Virus record (IMG/VR): IMGVR_UViG_3300031992_000051
Span: 1-64,000 of that record
Strand: one strand, 5' to 3'
Length of the DNA: 64,000 nucleotides
Source of the DNA: a virus
Taxonomy: Duplodnaviria; Caudoviricetes
Shown: piece by piece, positions 59,062 through 64,000 of the stretch
Position numbering within the stretch: position 1 is the first letter of the stretch
Layout: each line of letters starts with the position of its first letter
Notes under the pieces: model-generated
What the model was told of the DNA's origin: nothing
Seen by the model: only the letters and a program-made list of their open reading frames with translations
Databases searched by the model: none
Translations under genes and position numbers: made by a program

Positions 59062-62000
59062 TCACGGGGCCACGTACACCACGCCGCCCATCGTCGAGCA
59101 GATGGCGCACCCGGACGGGACGCCCCACGGGTAGTTCGGCATGTCCCGGATGTCCTTCGGGGACTTGTCGATGTAGAGGGCCTCCAGCTTCTCCTGCGCG
59201 TCCTCGAAGCCCTTGAAGGTGAAGCAGTCCTTGCCGATGGAGTACACCCACGGCGGCACGGCGACGGAGTTCGCCTTCACGGCGACGGGCAGGGCCTTCA
59301 CATTCGCGAAGGCATACATCACACGGCTGGGAGCATCGGCCGTGTCTCCGGCGAGCTGGGGTACGGTCGCCTGAAACCAGAACCGCTGCTGCGCCTCCTG
59401 GTCCATGCGCCTCTCCGCGGTCAGCCAACTCCAGATGCTGAACTCACATTCGGGCGCGTTCGCGGCGGAGGAGACGGGGACATCGAACATCTGGTACGTG
59501 GCGGTCCACGTCCCTGTATTGCGGTCGAACGCAAGCCGCAGCGCCTCGGCGCCGAGCACCATGTCGTACCAGACGTCAGACACGAACGCCGTCGTCGACG
59601 CTTGCAGCTGCTGGAACGCGTACTTCATGGCGTCGTACGGCGGGCACGACACGTAGCCCCGAGTGTAATGCAGACTCACGTACGACGAGTCCGCAGCCAA
59701 GTTCGTCACGGTGAACGTCATCGTGAGCGCGCCGACCTTCAGCGTCGCGACGTTGCCCTGCACGCCCAGAACCTCAACCGGGCCGGAGAGCCCGGACGTG
59801 CTCCCGAACGACGGGGCGTCGGCCCCGTAGGGGAAATCGTAGCCGGACGTGGAGATCGTCACGTCTCCATTCAGGCTCGCCGTGGCCGCATGGTCGGAGT
59901 CGAGCGCCAGCGACGGGACGAGGACGCCGTTCACCGTCGTGTACGTCACGTTGAGGAGGATGTAGTCGGTATCGTCCCAGTTCACGTACAGCTTGAGGGA
60001 TTCGGGGATGTAGTCATTGTCCCCGTCGATCTCCTGCACGTAGAACTTCGACGAGCCGCACAGGTCGTCTATCGCGTCCCTGTACGCGTCCACGGTGGGC
60101 GACGACCACCCGGCGAGCCCCGGAACAGGGACCGTGTACTGAAGCGAGTGCGTGAACGGTACGCCCGCGAAGCACCGGACCGGGAACTGCGTGACGCCGA
60201 ACGGGATCCAGTCGAGGGAACCCAGCCCGGTGCAGCCCTCGAAGCACGACGCGCCGACCGAATTGAGGAGCGGGACGGCGGAGTACTTCGTCGTCGCCTC
60301 GGCGACGGGGTAGCCAGGCCACACGCTGCCGAGGTCGGTCACGGCTACACCGGTGATCATCGCCGTGGCCCCGGTGACAGTATTGCCGCTCACCGCGCGG
60401 TCGACCTTCACGCTCACGAGCGTCTCGAACCTCCGGCCCTCCGTCTCGAGGACGAGTCTCACGTACCCGTCTGTGGATATGGACACAGGGGAGAAGCCTG
60501 TCTCATCCGGCCGGCTTCTCGCGGGAGCGACGGCCTCCGGGTCCCAGGACTCCGAAGGCGCGTACTCGTCGGGATCGTACGAACGCAACGCCACAAGCGT
60601 ACTGTCCGACGTCCCGTCGTACGAGTAGATATACCCACCTGTCCTGGACTGTTCACAGGACACGCTCGCCAGCGCCGCAGCATAGTCGGAAGCCGAAGAC
60701 GGAGTGACCGGCACCCCATGCGCGTCCAGCTTGGGAGGCCCAGACGTGCTTGGGTCGTCCTTGACCCGCACAATAAAATCGAGATCATCGGCAAGATGGA
60801 ACGCTATGGTGAAATCCATGCCGGACGAACGCGGGTAGGAGCTAGTATAGACATCATAGTCGGACAGCGCGTCCCGTACCCTCTGCACAGCCGTCGCAGA
60901 CGACGAAGCCTCCAGCTCTGCCGTAAACGCAGAGTCCGACAGACTCGTGTCTCCCTCAAAGCACGACGCCCCAAAGTGCGTGACGGCGCGAGCGGATGTG
61001 AAAGCGGCGAGAGGCGGATAGCTCGTCACCAGATCTTCCGCCGACCGTTCGCCTGACGCCCTCCACAGCTCCTTGCACAATATGGGTGCCGCGGAGTACA
61101 GCTCGGGCCACTTGTCCTCCACCGCGCACTTCACGTCGGCAAGCGCCACCGCGCCGGCGAACGCGTACGAGCCGAAGGAAGAGACTCCGCGCGGCACGCC
61201 GCCGGCCGTCGCCAGGCTCTCGCATCCGCGGAAAGCCTGTGACGAGACGAACGGAACCTTCGACGGAAACCCCGTCAGCGCCGTAAGCGGTGTGTTCATG
61301 AACGCTCCCGCCCCGACGGTGCGCACGTGGCTGAACGGAGAAAGCGATGCCACGGCGGTATTGGCGAAGCAGAACGGCGGGACGTCCTCGATAAGAAACG
61401 GGTAAGCGGTCGGGGCCAGGTACGAACACCCGTCAAAGCAGTGCGCGGACAGCATCGAGGCCGGCGTCACCATGTTCAGGTCGTGCAGCGCCGACAGCGC
61501 GGCGCCGCCGTCGGTCAGCTTCGACAGCACGTACGTCTCCAGCGAGGAGATGTCCATGTCGTCGCAGAAATACGGCGTTATGCTCCCGCCGTTCACCTTG
61601 GACACCAGCGCGGCGGCCACGTAGACCATGAACCGCATGAAGTTGATCGCCTGCCCCTCCTTCGTCGGCGAAGGCTGGTACTGCCGCCGGTCGAGGCTCG
61701 CGTTCACGACTATGTGCCCGTTGCGCTGCACCTCTGCCGAGACCGCCTTCATCTTCGCGTCCTCGATCCTTATGGTGTACACGATCTTGAGGGTGGTCGA
61801 GCCGCCATTGGCAGTCTTGGTCACCTCCTTGACCACATTGCCGTCCACGTTCAACGGGATGTCATAGAACACCACGTCGTCGTTCACGCCAGGACAGCAC
61901 ATCCAGAGATTGCACAGCGTAGACGTTTGGCCCGGCAGCTGAATACCGACGACCGTGTGCCTAGCACCGTTGCTGGCATAAGGATGCGACGCGTCAAGAA

Positions 62001-64000
62001 CCTCGGTCAGTTCGCCGGTGAACACGACGAACCCGTCGGGGGCCATCTTCGACGCCGTCTCCACGACGCCCGCCATGACCATCAGCTCCGCGCTGTAGTA
62101 GAAGAAGCCGTCACCGGTGGAGCGAAGCTCCCACATCCCGCCTTCGTCCTGGCAGAACTGCGTGTACACGTCGTAGCCCACGATCGAATCCATGTCAGCG
62201 ACGGTGACGTCATACAGGAAGCCGAGCAGATTGTGCATCACCCCGCTGGACGAGGACGACATGCGCGACAGCCCCTCAAGCTCCAGCCTGTCGCATAGCG
62301 CGACCAGGCCCCCGATGTCCTGGAGGTGGCCGATCGCCGGGGGGTTGGCTCGATTGTTGAAAAACACCCACTGCTGCTGGGAAACTTCCGTCCCGCACCC
62401 GGCAAAACACCACTCGCCGAACTTCGGGTACTCCGCCACGACCGGGTCGCCGTCGTTGAAGTGCGTGGACGCATCGACCACATGGACGTCTAGGTCGGGC
62501 AGGCTGTCGAGATTCTTCATTCCCGTGCAGTACGCGAAGCAATAGTCTCCCATCTCCATCAGCTTCGGCGGAAGCGGCGGGAGCTCGGCGAGCGCGCCGC
62601 ACCCCTGGAAGCACCGCGCCGGGAGCTTCGTCACGGTGTCTGCCCATCCCGACATGTCGACGTCGTAGAGACCGCACCACCTCGTCCTCCTCACGATGAT
62701 CGGCGGCGTCTCCGTCTCGTCCAGCTCGAACCAGTCGTGCGGCGCGCGGAAGCAGTCCATGAACGCGCCCTCCTTCAGCTCGACGTTGGCAGGGAGCCCG
62801 GCGAGCGAGTCGAGGCCGGAGCACCCGGAGAACGCATAGGGCTCGACATGCAGCGTGTCCGTCAGGCCGGTGAGGTCCGGGAGCGCGCGTATCATCCTGT
62901 CCCCCGTGAAGCACCCTCCCGGAATCTCCAGGCGCGTCATCCCGGGAACCACGTCCTCGAATCGCGAGATGTCGTGAAGGCCCCACTCTGTCGAAACCTT
63001 CTCCGGCGGGGTCTCCGCCGGGTGATCCTCGCCGTAGCTGCCTCTGAAGCACCGCTCGCCGATAGAGGTGAGAGACGTCGGAAGACCCGCAAGCGACGGC
63101 AAAAGGTCACACGCGTCGTAGCACTCCTTCCCCATGTATTCCAGCGTGGACGGAAGCCCGGAAAGGGACGCGACGGGCGTCCTCGCGAAACACCTGTCGT
63201 CCGCCCGTTCCAGTCCGGCGGGCGTCCCCGCCATGGAGACGAGCGACGAGCAGTCCTCGAAGCACGACTCGCCGAACACGGTGATCCCGCTCCCGGCCCC
63301 ACAGTTCGGCGAAGCGAGGGACGCGCACCTGTAGAAGCACCCCTTCGGCAACTCCGTGACCGCCGTCGACGCGAGGGCCGTGATGTCCGAGAGCGACGTG
63401 CATCTCGCGAAGCAGTACGGGAGGAGCTCCTCCAGCGTGGACGGGACGCCCGACAGCGTCCGGAGGGACGAACACCCGTCGAAGCACTTCTCGCCGAACG
63501 TCGTCGCGGCGGAGAACCCGCCCTGTAGCGAGAGGAGCGACGCGCACCGGTAGAAGCTCCTCTCGGCGCACGGGTCGAAGGCGGACATGCCGTCTATCGT
63601 GCGGAGCGACGTGCAGCGGGCGAACGCCGCGACGCCGGACGACGTCACCTTCGCGAGGAACCTCGGGGCGAACTCGCGGATGCCGTAGCACCCCTCGAAG
63701 CAGCTCTCGCCGAGCGAGAGCCCGGATCCGTAGTAGAGCGGCTCGAACCTCGGGCCGAGCCTCCCGCAGTCGAGGAACGCCCGCGCGCCCAGCGCGGCCG
63801 CCGTCGAGTTGATCGCCTTCACCTCGAGGAGCTTCGACGCGATGTCGTTCGAGTCGTCGGGGTTCGCGAGCGCGACGGCCGTGAACACGTCGTCGGCGAC
63901 GACGTCCACGGTCCCGGCGAGGTTCGTCTGGAAGTAGTACTTCGTGGACGAGCCGGGGAGCGACGTGCGCGGCCCGCCCCCGTACGTGGCGTACGGCTGC
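59062..64000 (-). CDS. Large BspA-type leucine-rich repeat (LRR_5-like) protein, 5' truncated
   Basis: Many repeats of the form FGEKCFDGCSSLRTLSGVPSTL. The frame stays open from 63909 to the window end, so the protein exceeds 1645 aa. Confidence 0.85.
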   Translation of the reverse strand, partial: QPYATYGGGPRTSLPGSSTKYYFQTNLAGTVDVVADDVFTAVALANPDDSNDIASKLLEVKAINSTAAALGARAFLDCGRLGPRFEPLYYGSGLSLGESCFEGCYGIREFAPRFLAKVTSSGVAAFARCTSLRTIDGMSAFDPCAERSFYRCASLLSLQGGFSAATTFGEKCFDGCSSLRTLSGVPSTLEELLPYCFARCTSLSDITALASTAVTELPKGCFYRCASLASPNCGAGSGITVFGESCFEDCSSLVSMAGTPAGLERADDRCFARTPVASLSGLPSTLEYMGKECYDACDLLPSLAGLPTSLTSIGERCFRGSYGEDHPAETPPEKVSTEWGLHDISRFEDVVPGMTRLEIPGGCFTGDRMIRALPDLTGLTDTLHVEPYAFSGCSGLDSLAGLPANVELKEGAFMDCFRAPHDWFELDETETPPIIVRRTRWCGLYDVDMSGWADTVTKLPARCFQGCGALAELPPLPPKLMEMGDYCFAYCTGMKNLDSLPDLDVHVVDASTHFNDGDPVVAEYPKFGEWCFAGCGTEVSQQQWVFFNNRANPPAIGHLQDIGGLVALCDRLELEGLSRMSSSSSGVMHNLLGFLYDVTVADMDSIVGYDVYTQFCQDEGGMWELRSTGDGFFYYSAELMVMAGVVETASKMAPDGFVVFTGELTEVLDASHPYASNGARHTVVGIQLPGQTSTLCNLWMCCPGVNDDVVFYDIPLNVDGNVVKEVTKTANGGSTTLKIVYTIRIEDAKMKAVSAEVQRNGHIVVNASLDRRQYQPSPTKEGQAINFMRFMVYVAAALVSKVNGGSITPYFCDDMDISSLETYVLSKLTDGGAALSALHDLNMVTPASMLSAHCFDGCSYLAPTAYPFLIEDVPPFCFANTAVASLSPFSHVRTVGAGAFMNTPLTALTGFPSKVPFVSSQAFRGCESLATAGGVPRGVSSFGSYAFAGAVALADVKCAVEDKWPELYSAAPILCKELWRASGERSAEDLVTSYPPLAAFTSARAVTHFGASCFEGDTSLSDSAFTAELEASSSATAVQRVRDALSDYDVYTSSYPRSSGMDFTIAFHLADDLDFIVRVKDDPSTSGPPKLDAHGVPVTPSSASDYAAALASVSCEQSRTGGYIYSYDGTSDSTLVALRSYDPDEYAPSESWDPEAVAPARSRPDETGFSPVSISTDGYVRLVLETEGRRFETLVSVKVDRAVSGNTVTGATAMITGVAVTDLGSVWPGYPVAEATTKYSAVPLLNSVGASCFEGCTGLGSLDWIPFGVTQFPVRCFAGVPFTHSLQYTVPVPGLAGWSSPTVDAYRDAIDDLCGSSKFYVQEIDGDNDYIPESLKLYVNWDDTDYILLNVTYTTVNGVLVPSLALDSDHAATASLNGDVTISTSGYDFPYGADAPSFGSTSGLSGPVEVLGVQGNVATLKVGALTMTFTVTNLAADSSYVSLHYTRGYVSCPPYDAMKYAFQQLQASTTAFVSDVWYDMVLGAEALRLAFDRNTGTWTATYQMFDVPVSSAANAPECEFSIWSWLTAERRMDQEAQQRFWFQATVPQLAGDTADAPSRVMYAFANVKALPVAVKANSVAVPPWVYSIGKDCFTFKGFEDAQEKLEALYIDKSPKDIRDMPNYPWGVPSGCAICSTMGGVVYVAP

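Larger units (their letters stand above)
1..64000. mobile_element. Segment of a tailed dsDNA bacteriophage genome (Caudoviricetes, podovirus-like gene set); neither end is in the window
   Basis: TerL, portal-like, scaffold-like and capsid-like genes plus PolA, primase-helicase and RuvC-like genes. Genes are densely packed with ATGA/GTGA/TGATG overlaps. No host housekeeping genes. Confidence 0.95.

Noticed and set aside
59062-64000. Diversity-generating retroelement targeting the LRR or tail protein
   Set aside because: No reverse transcriptase and no TR/VR pair differing at adenines was seen.
1-64000. Stop-codon reassignment
   Set aside because: Genes are intact and tightly coupled under code 11, and TAG, TGA and TAA all occur at plausible gene ends.

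Overview
This is a 64 kb, very GC-rich internal segment of a large tailed dsDNA phage genome, with podovirus-like gene content. No host housekeeping genes, integrase, tRNA or CRISPR array were recognised. There are two convergent blocks. The + strand (1-14019) carries replication and auxiliary genes: SSB-like protein, family A DNA polymerase, primase-helicase, RuvC-like resolvase, probable TerS, HU-like protein, two DUF3310 paralogs, an HD hydrolase and a GroES-like protein. The - strand (64000-13994) carries virion genes: BspA-type LRR protein, lipoprotein, TerL, a Thr-rich repeat protein, portal, scaffold, major capsid, adaptor, several putative ejection proteins and a 6428-aa giant protein. 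The main finding is that the giant protein has motifs of a single-chain two-barrel RNA polymerase (PRTP...GCDHDGDK, a variant of the NADFDGD loop) fused to a zincin HExxH domain. It is therefore a candidate virion-packaged RNAP polyprotein, in a phage whose host may be Kiritimatiellae/PVC (weak inference). Two distinct promoter classes are visible, one per strand block. All family assignments come from motif recognition by eye; no database searches were run.
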